DNA of 64,000 nt from Eledone cirrhosa (GCA_964016885.1 OZ024758.1:20956001-21020000); one strand, 5' to 3'. Positions 43,501-58,863 are shown, counted from the first letter of the stretch. The notes: generated by a model from the letters alone, not told the origin. Numbers and translations: made by a program.

Positions 43501-43892
43501 ATTGCTAGTTCTAGTTAATAGCTACGTAAGCCTATGTTCAGTATTGTCGCTAACTATATATCTGCTCAAGAAATAATATTTTAATGAATGCTAGTTTGCA
43601 TAATCGATAACGCTTTCATTTCAGTTACATAATAGAAGTAATGATACTACATCTGAAATATAATGAGGGCGGAGACTAAATATTTTCCATGCATGTTTAA
43701 CGGAGATATATTACAGAGGAAATAACAATTATATGTAGAGTAATGGATCAAATGTGTAACTGCAACAGCCAAAATGCATGTGACATCAATTTACAAACTG
43801 TTTACAGAAAGGTATTACAACTAACGAGTAAAAATAGTAGGATATATTTTTCGAAAGACGCCTTGTATACTTATCATTATATGTTGCTACAT

Positions 43893-44105
43893 AGGGCAGT
43901 GGATTGGCAGTATCGGTATAGGGTCGGACGCCATGCTTTGCAGGATAGAGTTACAACCCTTTATGATCTGAGCTCAAATCCCGCAGAGGCTAACTTTGCC
44001 TTTCATCCTTACGGGGTCAATAAAATAAATTGCCAGTCACACACTGGAGTCGATATAATCGACTTTCCCCTCCCCCAAAATTGGCATGGTGCCTATATAA
44101 GAAAC
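43893..44105 (+). mobile_element. SINE S1 (long-3' variant) with TSD
   Basis: TSD CATTATATGTTGCTAC. Confidence 0.88.
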
Positions 44106-44606
44106 CATTATATGTTGCTACCTGACTGCATAACTATGTGATGAAGACCAAATATAATCTCTAGGAAGTCTGTATATAAGATAGACCGAGTGTGTTTATG
44201 AACCAGCTTTCTGGTGTATTTAGTGTGATGTTTAAATATAGTCGTATTAAAGTGTACAGAAGTATAAATTTGCTTATACGTATCTTCACGTTGAAAACGA
44301 GTTTATATTTATATACTTAAATACACACATATGTACGGATGAGCATGTCTTTGTCTCTCTCTCTATCTCTCATTCTCCCACTTTCTCTGAGATGTTTATA
44401 TATATATATATATATACAAAGCAATAAATAGTGTAGACAATCAAATTGAAATAACTATTTGGGCATAAACTGAATTGAATGGAACGAGAAAAATAAATAT
44501 AGTGTCAAGAATCGTCTACAATACTAAATAAGTATCTGACCTCTTCTCTAGGTTAATATCGGAATTTATAATGCCAGTATCCAAGAGTAAACCTGCAATA
44601 TTACAA

Positions 44607-44647
<41 letters not shown>

Positions 44648-46814
44648 CATACATATATATATGTGTGGGTGTGCATGTGTGTGTGTGTGTATATATATAC
44701 GTGTTTGTGTATGTTTATATGTAGGAAGGTGTGTTTAAATACGTACATAATCATACTCACTTGCATTCAGTGAACAAAGACACATCTATATGAAATACAT
44801 GAAGCTAACATATATACACTATGACTCAAACGTCAGAATGCTATGTAAACAACACGAAAACACATTCGGCAGATGAATACAAACGACTATGCACAACACA
44901 AAAAGATATAACTGAATGTTATTCACTCCTAGAAGATCACATATAATATTTCACATAGAAAAGTTCACATACGAAAGCCTCGCATATGCTTGCATACATC
45001 TAAAGTTTCTCTGAATTTTTTTCTCTAAAACTTCAGCATTCATTTCAAAAAACAGAAATGAAGTTCAATACTTTTGTGTTCATTCAAGCATCATTTTCTC
45101 CTTCGATGATCATCTACATATACTTGTAGTGGAATCTGCTTTTTTTCTTTCTTTCTTTTTTTCCTTTTCCTCTTCCGAGGGGTATAGTTCCTTTTTCTTT
45201 TATGCACTGGTTATTATTGTGTTGTTTTTTTTCTTCCTGATGCTGATGTTTCCGAGGTTGTAGTTATTGATATTGTTCTTATTCTAGATCATGTTAATAC
45301 TGCTTCTAGTGATGTATACAAGAAAATATATGCAAGGAAATCAGTTGAAGTTTTCTTAAGTTTACTTTTTATGTTCGTTCATTTTATTCAATCATTTAAT
45401 TTCATTGATACTCTATGATATCATGTTATGTTTTTTTATTGAATATTTTCGTATCTGAGTTACTTAATGTTTCTAGAGTCGCTTTTGTTGCTACAGGTGA
45501 AGGGTCGTTCTTTGCTCATTAGATATTTTAAAAGTACCATTTTCCAGCGTTCTGGCTATGTTACTGCAACCATATATATTTTTTTATGTATCAAACTATA
45601 CATTTAAGGTTCAATACATATAACAGAGTGAGATACCGAAATAAATTCAGTCATATTTTCCATTTCTCTTTAGAACGACAATCATCATCTGATTTTGGTA
45701 AAGAAAGTATATTACCCGCCAAATGTATGGCATTAAAAGTTGCATTTTCATATTTCACTAAAAATAGAATTTTTTCTGTACTACTGTGCCACATAACCTA
45801 CATAAAGTTTATTTTTTTAAATATTCAAATCCCTCTAACCTAAATGAAACAACATTCACCTCGTGAAACACTACCTGTTTATCAAGCATGCCCAGCCTCC
45901 AGCCCTGTGTTCATTCTTTTACTGCATAATTCTGTATATATATCCACTTTCCCATTATATATCAGAGACAATGATATTATGTTCCCTATAATGATTCTCT
46001 TTGCCAGTGGTAGAGTAAATTTAATATATACATAGAGAGAGTGAGAGAGACAGTAGGGTGAGAGTGAGAGTTGCGTATATAAGGATCAACTTTTTGTACT
46101 TTTAAAACAAGATTATATATAGTTTTATGTTTTATTATCGTATTTTCTTGTGGAAACATTGTAATGCAATATATACAATAATGTACTTAATGGTTGTACA
46201 CACTTTCAGTCTTCTCTTGAGTATGGGAAGTGGCGTTGGTGTACTTAACGTGGGTTTTAAGAACTACTAATGTGTTTGTGTATGTTTTACAATCCTATCG
46301 TTTGCTCCTCGAAGTGAATTACATGATTTCCTTCTAAAGATGTAAGTATGTTGTTTGTGCGTTTTTGCATATAGTTTAGCATCGTGTTGCGCTAGAAGTA
46401 ATGTACCCACAGTCACTCTCGTATATTACTGGAGAATTCTATAAATGGATACATAGCCAACCTCAAATTAATGTATTTTGTAGAATTTCATTTAATTTTC
46501 TCTCGTGTAAACTGATAAACTGATTTTTATATAGTTATAAAAGCACCATTCATAAGGTTTCAGTATATTTATATATTACAAATAAATATATTTTACAAAC
46601 AAGCTACGAACAAAGGTTTTAAATAGAAGCATTCCATAGTTTATGATAAAAAATATGACATGTGAATTTAGAAAATAAATTTATATAACCGTGGAAATGA
46701 GCTTCAAGTCATTTTTTATTTACATTCAAATATTTAATTTCATAAAAATACGTGTTTATATATATCTATATGGAAAATATTCCCTTAATATTCACACTAA
46801 TAATTAACCGCAAT

Positions 46815-46894
46815 ATCAAAATTGCAAAGTACACACACACATATATATATATGTATATACAACCACACACATATACATGTTTTATACATGTATA

Positions 46895-46986
<92 letters not shown>

Positions 46987-47065
46987 CATGTATAAAAATA
47001 GGTATATGTATGTGGTTGTATATACATATATATATGTGTGTGTGTATTTTGTAATTTTGAAATTG
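46815..47065. repeat. Imperfect inverted repeat around (TA)n
   Basis: TCAAAATTGCAAAGTACACAC..CAACCAC vs GTGGTTG..GTGTATTTTGTAATTTTGA. Confidence 0.55.
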
Positions 47066-47181
47066 CGATTTCTCTCTTTCTCTCTCTCTCTCTATATATA
47101 TATATATAATATATTATAAATGCAGAGATATACATGTATTATATATACACACATGTATAAGTGTATATGTATATGTATGTA

Positions 47182-47344
<163 letters not shown>

Positions 47345-48909
47345 GTTTGTGTGTGTATATGCGTGTGTGTGTGCGTATGTGTGTGTTTGTGTCTGTCAGC
47401 ACACAACCATATTTCTGTGTGTACATATACATATGTATGTGAATGTTTACACCGTTATTTGTGATAATACGTAATGAAAAGAATATGCTAAAATAACTGT
47501 TCAAAATTTCTAGGAAACCGAGATAATTTACATTATAATAACCCACATCCCCATACCTCTTTAATTATACACCATTCTTTAGAATAATTTAAAAATGTAG
47601 GAGGTTATTGTAATACACAACTGAACAACCATCATGTCACAAACACATCAATAAAACAACGGCAATAATATTTACATGTACAGTAGTTGGGAAACTGACG
47701 TAAAAAATACAATATGATGTTTAAGCCAAAGATAATAACAAGAATTACGAAAACAATTTATATTCTTTGTATATCAAACTTTTAAACAAAAAAAATGTAA
47801 AACAAAACATCTGAAATAAAAGGAAATAAAATAAAACACTAATATAGCAATTAAATGAATAAATCAATCAACGCATAATTGTATAACCACATATAGATAA
47901 TAGTAATAACAATAACATTGAACAATAAGTGTAATTAATATACATGTGAGCAACTCAATCAACGAGGGAATAATATATATATTGAAAAATATAAATATTT
48001 TCAATTGTCGAATCTCGAGGACAAAATAATATAAAATTACATGATCTTTTTTTAAAATCATTTGAAACATATAATTCCATTGATATTAATACTGAAATAG
48101 AATGAAAAAAACTCCCAATCATTCAGCAACAAAAGTGTCATCTAGAAAAGGAAAAGCTGCAAATGCAACACCAAATCAAGCAGCATCTATAAACTTAACT
48201 ATAGCAGCATAGATTAGAACATATATAATATTGATATCAAAAACAACATCAATGGCAGCAAATATCATAAATGCAGCATTGAAGAGAAAAATTAAAGTAC
48301 GAATAAAAATTATGGCAAAAGCAAGAATGACATTGGCGACGTCAAAGATAAAACTGTATACAATTACTTAATTTAAAATATTTAAGCGGTAACCATGGTA
48401 ACAATTTGCTCTCCTTTACATTTCATATTAAGTAGCATTTCAATGAGAAATAAGCTCAATTGTAAATATAAACTAAAACATATTTAATTCTTTTGTTTCC
48501 TATCTTCCAAATGTTTATAATTCCATTGCTGTATCACGTTTACTGTGTGAGTTTTAATGAAAATATGTATATAGATGTTATATTTCAACGAGAGGGAAAT
48601 TCTCAAAAATATTCTATGGGCTAAAAATGGATTTCAAACAATGATGTAGGCTCAATTTTCCCTCGGTGTATTATGTAATATGTAATGAGGGAAGACAAGT
48701 CCTTGACTCTAAGAGACCATAGCGAAATATATTTCAGTTGCTTTGAATTAAATTTGTAAAATGGCCCAAGTAGATTTATCTATTTTATTTTATTCTTTGG
48801 GTTGAATTAGTGAAGATGATGAAGACAAAGACGAGGGAGAAGACGATGAAGGCGAAGAAGTCGAAGACGGCGAAGAAGGGGAATAAGAAGTTACAACTCA
48901 TATTTTACC

Positions 48910-49043
48910 AACTGTGTAGATTGGAGCAACGTAAAATAAAGTATCTTGCTCAAGGACAAAACGCACCACCAAGAATTGAACTCACTATCTTATGATTGTG
49001 AGTACCTTAACTACAATATGTTAACCACAAAGCCACGGGCCTT
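48910..49043 (-). mobile_element. SINE S2 fragment
   Basis: Reverse complement of the 50061-50200 region (GGAGCAACGTAAAATAAAGTATCTTGCTCAAGGACA). Confidence 0.65.
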
Positions 49044-50060
49044 TCTAATCGTAAGCTAAGCCTTACATTTCACGAAGGATGTACCGAAGCAAAGTCATAT
49101 AGAGGAATATATGTGGCCGATTAGATATCTCAACATTTCATCCTCTTCTCACTTCAATTACACCAGGTTTCCTTTCTAACTTCTAGCGATAAAGTCATTC
49201 TTTTCAGGTAGAGACAACGGCTCATAAATTTAATCCATTAGTACCCTCTTAACTCATCTGGAATATGGAGTTTATCTATCATCGCACTTTGTTGCGCATC
49301 ATTGTATCATTCTTATCTTGATTCTGATTCTGTTCCAGTAGAACTGGAATATCTCTCTTACTTTCTATTATTAAAAAAAATGCTTAAACAGTACTGGATG
49401 GAAAATCTCAAACTATTCATAATAAGAAGTACATGTATGGAATTTACCGTTATTGTCTTCGTTACATATACTTCCTGACAATAACAATTTTCCACGTAGT
49501 TATTTAATTTTTAAAATTACTCCCGCCAACAACATTCTGCCACAAGATATTTCCCTCATTCTCATCTTCCCAAACTCCTCCTCCTGCTCCTTCTCTTCCT
49601 TGGTTTCATTATCATCATCTACGTATATTTAGTATCACAAGAACATCAGCATATCATTTTGTTATTTGAAAACGATCGTTATTATCGTAAATAATCGTGG
49701 TTATACGATCTATTTTCGTCAAAATAATACTCCTTTCTCAATGAAAAATATTTTGCACACTCAACCATCCTATTAACACAATAAACCGAAATGAGTCGTG
49801 GTGCGTTCTAAACTGGTAAGTAGTTATTAAGACTCTACTATACTTAAACAACACGATACTCAATAATATAATGTGGCGGCATAAATCAGATTCACTCTTG
49901 AACTAGTAGGAAAAGATAGGAAAATAGTGTAAATATTTCGCACGTTAGTTCTACATAGGAAGATTAAACCTGTGAGGCAACAAGGAATATGTAGATACAC
50001 CAACGTAAGTATTGAAGGAAACCTAGAAGGTTCTTTTTCAGAAGGTATATGTGTAATTGT

Positions 50061-50325
50061 GAAGGCGCATGGCTTAGTGGTTAGAGCATTGGGCTTGCAA
50101 TCGAAAGGTTGTGAGTTCACTTCTCGGACCGGGCGATGTGTTGTTTCCTTAAGCAAGACACTTTATTTCACGTTGCTCCAGTTTACTCAGCTGTATAAAT
50201 GAGTACCGGCCTGCCCGCCCAGCCAGTGGGATGGCGTTATCTTATGGCTAAAACAGCACGGCGTGCTGTGACCAGCGGCGCCGATTGGCGCCCGACAGAC
50301 TTGTCGGTCAAGGTGATCAAGGTGA
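50061..50325 (+). mobile_element. Second tRNA-derived SINE family (S2, CORE-like central segment)
   Basis: A box TGGCTTAGTGG, B box-like GAGTTCACTTC, TGTTTCCTTAAGCAAGACACTTTATTTCAC; flanked by TATGTGTAATT repeats. Confidence 0.75.
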
Positions 50326-50660
50326 TATGTGTAATTAGTCCTTTTAGAAAATTGGATTTTAGACAGTGATACTTGTCATAGAGGATTTTGAATATCTGAG
50401 CGTTTGTGGGTTTCATTGTTTGTTAGAAATCCGCGAGAGTGCGAAGATCGTGGTAAGCAGCAGATTCTGATGAGGTTGAAATGTTATTGTATGTGTGATG
50501 TCTGCTTTCAATGATATGCGCGTAGGTTATGCAGTGTATTGAGGGACACGAGCTAACCTTTAAGATGTATGTTTGCGTACAGCTAGTGATATACGAATAT
50601 GGAAGAAACAGAAAATTTAATGTGCACGTACATCACCTACGGACCTATGATATGCAAATA

Positions 50661-50993
50661 ATGATTTCTTTAATAGGCACAAGGCCAGCAATTTTTGCGG
50701 AGGGGGAAAATGATTACATCGAACCCAGTACATTACTGGTAATTTATGTTATCGACATCGTAAGGATGAAAGACAAAGCTAGCCTCGGCGGGATTTCAAC
50801 TCGAGGATGTGTAAATAATTGCTTCTACTTCAGGCACAAGGCCAGCAATTACCCAGTGCATTACTGGTACTTTATTTTATCGACCTCGTAAGGATGAAAG
50901 GCAAAGTCAACCTCGGCGGGATTTGAACTCAGATCGTAAAGGGACGTAACTATGCTGGAAAGCATGGCGTCCGACACTCTACCGATACTGCCT
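50661..50993 (-). mobile_element. Two tandem SINE S1 copies
   Basis: Reverse-complement S1. Confidence 0.85.
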
Positions 50994-51149
50994 AATAAAA
51001 CACATTATAGTTTAGAAATTGCACGAATACTCTATCCCCATAGCTTCTGCAAGAAGAATATTAAGACTAATTCCATTATTGTTATCACTTACGCGAGATT
51101 ATTTACTTTAAATAATTCTTTCTGATTAATAAATATTGACATTTATAAA

Positions 51150-51346
51150 GAAGTGCCAAGACATCTCAGTCGAAGGAAGACACAGTAGAAGAAGATTACG
51201 AAAAACATGAGTGTAGGTGGTGACAGCAGACCTCAGATCGCATGACGAAGGACCGTGGCAAGTGGAGAGATGCTCTTCTGAATAGGACCCGACCCACAAT
51301 TGCAAACAGGGAAAAACGGACGTAAGATGGTGATGATGATGATGAT
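51150..51346 (+). mobile_element. RTE-like LINE 3' end
   Basis: Degenerate EGR..R..RKT..DL..MTKDRGKWR, then GAAAAACGGACGTAAGATG(ATG)n tail. Confidence 0.55.
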
Positions 51347-51951
51347 ATGGCGGGCTCTGCATTTGAGCACGAAGAACGTCTCCATAGTGTCACCTAAACT
51401 ATTGCAAATGTACTTCACCTACTGTATTCTAAATACGGTTCTCCGTACCAAGAGCTATGTATATTCAACCCGGTATTGTACTGTAATTAATATAGGTCAA
51501 ATGTTGCAGAGTTTCATAGCTCTAGCTGTTTATATTTGTGGTGGACATCACTAAGTTATAGGATATGTTATACTAACATACTCATACATATTTGAATGAT
51601 CTTTGATTATTTCCTGTATATTTAGTTAATATTACTCACCTAATGATACACATCTATTAAATATCATTTAAGTCATAAACACATATTATGAGCAAATGAA
51701 AAATCATACGGAAATCTCGAAGAAGGTAAGGATCTGTAAATTAAAGCCTTTAAACATGGCGCCTTGCTTGTAGAGTTGAACTGAGACTTAACAACAAGAC
51801 ACTGAAAATAAAATCAAACTAGTGCAATGGCTGTTTAATTCGAGAAAATAAATACCAATTACCAATACTGACGAAAGAATATATCAAATCCATTATAATA
51901 GACACTCGATTAACGCAAACATTTTAAACACTAACGGTCGTACAATATAAT

Positions 51952-52158
51952 AATTGTTTCTAATTTCGGCACAAAGCCAGCAATTATCTAATTTCGGCAC
52001 AAAGCCAGCAATGTATTACTGGTACTTTATTTTATCAACCCCGTAAGGACGAAAGGAAAAGTTAACCTCGACGGGATTTGAACTCAGACCATAAAGGGCC
52101 TTAACTCTTTGCTGCAAAGCATGGCGTCCGACCCTCTACTGATATTGCCAATCCACCC
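51952..52158 (-). mobile_element. SINE S1 with internal ~28-bp duplication
   Basis: TCTAATTTCGGCACAAAGCCAGCAAT twice; TSD CAATATAATAA. Confidence 0.85.
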
Positions 52159-54088
52159 AATATAATAATACTTCTTTTTTGCTAAATGCTTTAAGAATTT
52201 AACCCCCCATAAAGAAGCTTGTATTTTTATTGCTTCGACACACCATCTTTTCCATCGATTTTAAATTCGCTATATGAAATATGTTAAGCCTTAAAATAAA
52301 CATTCTTTAATATACAACCTCTTGTCTGATGTATAGATTTCCAATTGATGCAATTTCATTGCTGACTCTTCTCGACTCGGAAAATGCCAAACGAACGACC
52401 AAGAGAACAAATTAAACTTGCCCTAAGTATAGATTATTTACTGCTCATAACATTACGTAATGCACTTATTGATTTTTAGAAGGCTTCTATTGTTATATCC
52501 CATTAATGTTTGTTAAGATTCTCAATTTTCTTTTTTATTTCAACTGAAAATTTATTTCCAATTAACCTATGATATATAATGGCTTCATGGTAACATTAAA
52601 AAAATCTATAATGTTCAACATGTCGTAAAAACATTAGCAGAACAGTTTCATAAATGCTCGTGAGTGTTTTATTTTTGCATTTTCATTATTCATTTCGTAA
52701 CTAAGCTTTTTATTATAATTTCCAAAACAATCTTTAGGTTAAAGCAATATTGAGAGGTCAAAGAGCATAGCCAACATTTCATATTATCTTTATAAATGAT
52801 TGATGCTCATTCACATCGCTATTATTATTACTTCGGATACTTTTATTGATTCTATTGTTCATTTACTCTTTACAATAGCAGTGTTAACCATTTGTTAGTC
52901 CGGGTTGCTAGTGCCAATCTAATGTTTAATGAAACAGAAGAGTTATTAATCTTTTCACTCATACAGAAAGAGGTTAGATGGAATATGTTTTATTGATTAG
53001 CATTCCTGTTCTACTCCTGTTTCATATCTATAATATTTCCAGTCTTTTTACTCAATAAATTAAGTAAACTGATTGGATTTATTGTTAGAATCAATATTAT
53101 TTCTGTATTGTCAAAACCATAATAATTAGTAGCAACTCATGACCACAAAAATCGATGAAACTAAGTGAAGAACAACAAAAACATAATTATGATCGATAAT
53201 AATGACGATGGCCAGCAACAATCTATTATATTCCTTCGTCAACGTAATTATTTCAATCATTCAGATTTTCACTGACTAGACACTCTGACCGCCTTCAAAA
53301 ATAGAATTGTTTTGTTACAGAAAAGTACACATGTTTGGCTTCTCAAAGCATCATTTGTGTACTTTATTCTCCAGCGAATAAGATTAGATAATGTAACTAA
53401 TGCAATTAAAGAAAATGCATATCTGTAATGAGATGAAAGACGTTAGAATTAAGGAAGGTGATTTATCAAGAAATCTAATTGCTGCTTTCTCTTTGAATGC
53501 ACATTTTCACAGAATTTCAATAGAACATCTCTTTCTTTAAATTCGCCATTATAAACGGTTGCGTTATGCTCAAAATATATTCGAAAACTATCACGAATAT
53601 ATTTCGCCACGATTAAATAATTTATAAAGAAATCATTTTCACCATTTCTACGCTTATCTGTTGGTGTATTTGTGAGTATATGTGGTTTTAACTATCCTAT
53701 ATAAATGGGAAGTAACGGATCAATTTATTGGCTAACAAGACATACATTTATGTGTGTAAACATATAGGTAGAACTAGTGTCAACATTTATCTAATGCGAT
53801 ACTCTCTTATATGCGATGGATCAACCTGCATCATGCCGCGTACGTATTTTAATCGGATTCGCTTATATAAAATTCAACGTCTGTAGGAAAACTATTTAGA
53901 AAAGTAAAGACATGTTTTCACCAATGAAAAGTTCCAATACTGGTGTGTTGAATGATACAAATTATGAATATATTCAGATAACTATTTTAAAGACACAAGA
54001 TCTAATATATTATTTGGATCATAAATAGCGTGAAGAATATATATATGTGTGTGTGTGTATGTGTGTGTGTATGCTTGTGCGCGTGTAT

Positions 54089-54162
<74 letters not shown>

Positions 54163-54272
54163 GTATATATATGTATATATATATATATATGTTGAGTACT
54201 CTCCATATTATTACATTAAGATTGACCATACGGAATTGACCAGCTCTATCCAGTGGTGAACCTCAAACCTGA

Positions 54273-54304
<32 letters not shown>

Positions 54305-54520
54305 CTGTGTGTCTGTCTGTGTGTATTTGATATATCTCATATGAAATGATACAGCCAATTTTCCACACAATACGATTAGTTAGCACCCCGAATGTTTAAT
54401 TAGTAATATACTTAGTTATTTCCTAATGTTTGTTGAGTCAGTTGGGATTTGGCCGGAGTATCGTTATTAGATTTCTCCGATTATGTATTTATATATATAT
54501 ATAGTAATAATAATATTAAT

Positions 54521-54676
54521 AGTTTCAGAAGATCCCGTTAAGGGTGAAAGCAGCGATTCTTTGCTTAAACTGTAATCTGTTATTTGAATTAATATATATA
54601 TATATTTATTAAAATAACAGATTAAAGTTTAAGCAAAGGATCGCTGCTTTCACCCTTAACGTGATCTTCAGAAACT
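54521..54676. ncRNA. Inverted pair of hammerhead-like motifs (family H): 54521-54571 (+) and 54626-54676 (-)
   Basis: AGTTT-C(A/T)GAAGA-TCCCgttaaGGGT-GAAAGCA..TGCT-T-AAACT; further minus copies at 39524-39573 and 62048-62098. Confidence 0.6.
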
Positions 54677-54762
54677 AACAAAGTCAATCTGTGAACGCAG
54701 AAGTGCATATCTCAAAAAACGTTGCAACCGGAGGAAGTCAGGAAGACGATATTTTGTTCGTG

Positions 54763-55038
54763 GAAACGTTCCCTGGCAAAGAACGGGAAATAACGAATAT
54801 AATACGTCATTATTTGGAGCGGTGAAAAAACAATTACACGCAAAGACAGAACCACGTTTATGGTATAAAAGAAGTCATAGACTAATATTCTATTAAGTGG
54901 TTCATAGAGACGTTCTCTGGCAATGGACGAACAAAACGAAGATAATACGCCATATGTAGAGCGTGGAGAACAATTGCACGCAAAGACAAAACCACGTAAA
55001 ATGTATAACTGAAGTCGTAGACTAAAATTCTAACTAGG
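54763..55038 (+). repeat. Diverged ~144-bp tandem duplication
   Basis: ACGTTC.CTGGCAA..ACAATT.CACGCAAAGACA.AACCACGT..GAAGTC.TAGACTAA twice. Confidence 0.7.
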
Positions 55039-55719
55039 AAACCGAATGATTCTCCGCTTCAGAGTTAAGAATAAAGTAAATAAAATACAGAGGTAATTTA
55101 AATTAAATAAATACATACACGTATCCATATACGTACATACACAAGCATACGCGAAAACACTCGCCATAGGTATACGAATATACGCACATATAAATATGTG
55201 TGTGTGCGTGTATATAAATAATTAAATAAACGTATATAAATAAATACGTATATAACAAGCGCACACACATACCTACATGTAAATACACAAATGTTCGGAG
55301 ACGTACGTCAACCAAAACACGAAGTACACATATACAAACACCCTACATACATACGAAGCCGCATACTCACACAGTTTTACAAAAAGAAAAATAACCGAGG
55401 TGTCCTACACGAGTGAAAGTATAAAGAAAAAAAGATGAAATCGAAAATTTAACTGGAGTCTTATTTTTAAAAATATGTATATATTTATTTGGTTCCTTTT
55501 GCCGGTTTCGCAGTTCTTCTCCTTTTCAAAAGTAGAGTTGAGATGGAGGGTCTGTGGTTTTTCTCACATATATATATATATAATAAGGGTTGACGGACCC
55601 AGCATATTTATCAATGCCAGTACCGGTTGGATCTCAACGCACTCAATGGGCAATGTAAGATACATTACCATAGTATACACATGGTTATTTGCCTCAACAC
55701 AACACACGTAGAACGTGTT

Positions 55720-55808
<89 letters not shown>

Positions 55809-56027
55809 AACATGAGATGATTAAAAGAGTTCCATGTATTTTATTATGCGCATTTAAAATACAAATATCATCATGCAATAATATTTGTGTTTTCATCAGA
55901 TAAAACAGGAACTCTGTTAACCATCTTTTGTTCTTATATATTATATATACTCCAGTTCTACAAACTGTAGAGTGCTTCTTATCCGATATCTGCATTGCTT
56001 TATTGTACTATAATAAAACTCACCTCC

Positions 56028-56083
<56 letters not shown>

Positions 56084-56087
<4 letters not shown>

Positions 56088-56322
56088 GAAGTGAGTTTTT
56101 TTTTACAAAATGAAAAATAACCGAGGTGTCCTACACGAGTGAAAGTATAAAGAAAAAGAGATGGAGGGTCTGTGGTTTTTCGAGAAAAACCACAGACCCT
56201 CCATCTCAACTCACCTTTTGAAAAGCAGAAGAACTGCGAAACCGGTACAGGAACCAAATAAAAATATATATATTTTTTTTAAATAAGACTCCAGTTGCAT
56301 TTTCGATTTCATCTCTTTTTCT
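56084..56322. mobile_element. PLE-end inverted insertion, family B
   Basis: Central palindrome 56158-56207; long arm with tail, short arm ending TCATCTCTTTTTCT. Other copies at 1114-1220, 35941-36121 and ~55374-55565. Confidence 0.75.
56214..56251 (+). ncRNA. Minimal hammerhead, U3-A8 variant (family B)
   Basis: CCTT-TTGAAAA-GCAGaagaaCTGC-GAAA-CCGG-TA-CAGG; second copy on minus strand at ~55495-55532. Confidence 0.65.
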
Positions 56323-58863
56323 ATATATATATATTTATAGTTATCACATGTTATCACGTCGGTCTCATAAGTATATTTCTGCACTTAGTATTTGCTAGCG
56401 TCTATTTGGGAAAATAAATATAGACGCATATTTTATAAGTAATTTCGCAATTGCAATATGATAACCAACCAGTCTAACACCAATTCCATAGATAGCAGCA
56501 AATACACATTAAATATCATGGTTCTTTGTGGCAATGTATCTGTTATTTACTAATTTCAAATTAGATAGACTTGGATTTCCTTGCCGTTCATTAATATCTA
56601 TAAAATACTGTTTGATTTCATTGCAGCGAACATATGAATGGAATACTTTTATGGTAAATACAACATAACTATCGTTTTGGTTGTGATCCTTGGATGTATA
56701 AAAGAAGTTGGACACGTCTTTGTATCAATATATCACGTTATAATTAGAAAACATGACATTAACGAATTAATTACAATGGAATGTGATCCATTCATCGCGC
56801 CATAAAATCCAAGGTGTTATTTTAAACGATTCGATCTGGTATTCAGCAATATGCACAACCAATTTTACAAACGTTCCTCTTATTTACGGCTATCAAAATC
56901 CATATGCATAGTTTGAATCCAACTTAGTTCAAGCTAGAATAAAATAATTCAAGATACTCGCAATGAGATACAACAGGCCTCCTAGCATATAATTGTGAAA
57001 CTAATTTTCTAATCGTAAATGAGATTATTAATTTATATTTATTATTGATACATTTTTCAACACATCTCCGGAAGGAAATTATATAATAAAAGCAATATTA
57101 ATATTAATTAATATAATTACCAGGTATAGTGCTAATGAATACTTTCGAAATCTAAAGACCGGGTGGCAAAATATTAAGGTTGAATTGAAAAGCTAACAGT
57201 ATACTTAACGTCAAATGCGACACAAACACTACACTATGTTGATCTTAAATACACATCCTACAAACATCAACAAATAAAACAATGCAATCTTTTAAGAAAC
57301 GTGTTGAGAATGACAACACTGCCAAGTGTAAATTGTAAGCAATACCGCTATGCACAAATTAGTAGGTAATCTCGAAAATGACCTTATATGTTATTTCAGA
57401 TATCAAGATTGTACATAAACATATATATACTCTAGTACAGATACTAATAATTACACATATTGCAAACACGCATACCTTGATGCGGCGTGACAGAATTTAC
57501 GTATGTATATACATAATAAATGTATACATGCAGGGATGTTGCACATTGACATACAATGACGTATAAGCTTATCTATTATTAAACAATTCTAATCTTTCAG
57601 TGTACAACTTTGCATTTCAGTTTTTTTTCCATTTGTAATGCCACTATTATCATACGCAGATTCACAGATAGGTTGGTATCTCATATGTGTAACATTTATT
57701 CAAGAATTTAACCAAAAGAATATTATAGTATTGTTTTTCTATATTTACTTTGCCATTTACAGTTGGACATTTTTTCTCCACAACGCTATTTCATTCATTT
57801 ATTTGTATTTTATAAGTTTCTCACCTAAATGTGCTTCGAATGTTATTATCATTTGTTAATTGCATTTGAGTACTCTGCGAGATAACATTTTCGTATGTTC
57901 CATAAATCTTTTTCCTTTATGCTGCTCGTGAAATGATCAATACAAATTGAAAAAAAAGATACCATAGTATCTAAATATCTATCTATCTATGTATCCGTGT
58001 ATTCATATACGTATATATATATATATATATTATATATTATATATATATGTAGATAAATCTACCAAAATATACGGTAGTGTCCTATCCGTATGAATAACTC
58101 AATGTAATCCAAATATCATGAAAAGAGATGTATTCAAAATTCTTTCGATGAAAATCACAGGAAAACAGAGTCAAGATAAATTAATAAAAACAATAAATAA
58201 AAACAAAGAACAAGTCCCTTATATAAAAATATTCATCATTTTATGATTGTTTCTAGGATATATATGTGTGCTGGTATGTATATCACATTGATCTATGTAA
58301 AACATGTTACAAATTATGAGAGGCAATATACATACCTTCACATATATATGCTGTCTTCAGAAATATTGCTATTTGTAAGGTGTATATTAATCAGATTTAT
58401 AATATTTGAAAGTTCTTCTAGATCTATGATTGCAAGATATAATTAATTCTTATCGCTTATTTAATAGGATATCCTTAGATTTCATTATTTCAAAAAGTTC
58501 CTGGAAACATAATCTACACTCATATCTGTTATTTTGACAAGGGGTTTTGACATTGAGTTATTCATACGGATATTTTGGTAGATTTATCTACATATATATA
58601 TAATATATAATATATATATATATATATATTGAGCACACTCCAAGTCAGATGACAACTGTCAAATTTTCCTACTCCACTAACAAAAATATACAACAAAATA
58701 AAAGTGCGTACAATGCATGTAAATGTAAAAAAAACACGAATATACCACCAACACATCAAACCAAACATAATACTAAAATAAACCGCAACAAACCACCATC
58801 TCCTTCACATATTTTTATTAATTTATATATATATATATATATATATAAAAGTTCCAGTAATAG

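Noticed and set aside
48810-48995. Lys-rich ORF / acidic GAA-GAC tract
   Set aside because: Low-complexity trinucleotide tract running into a SINE S2 fragment.
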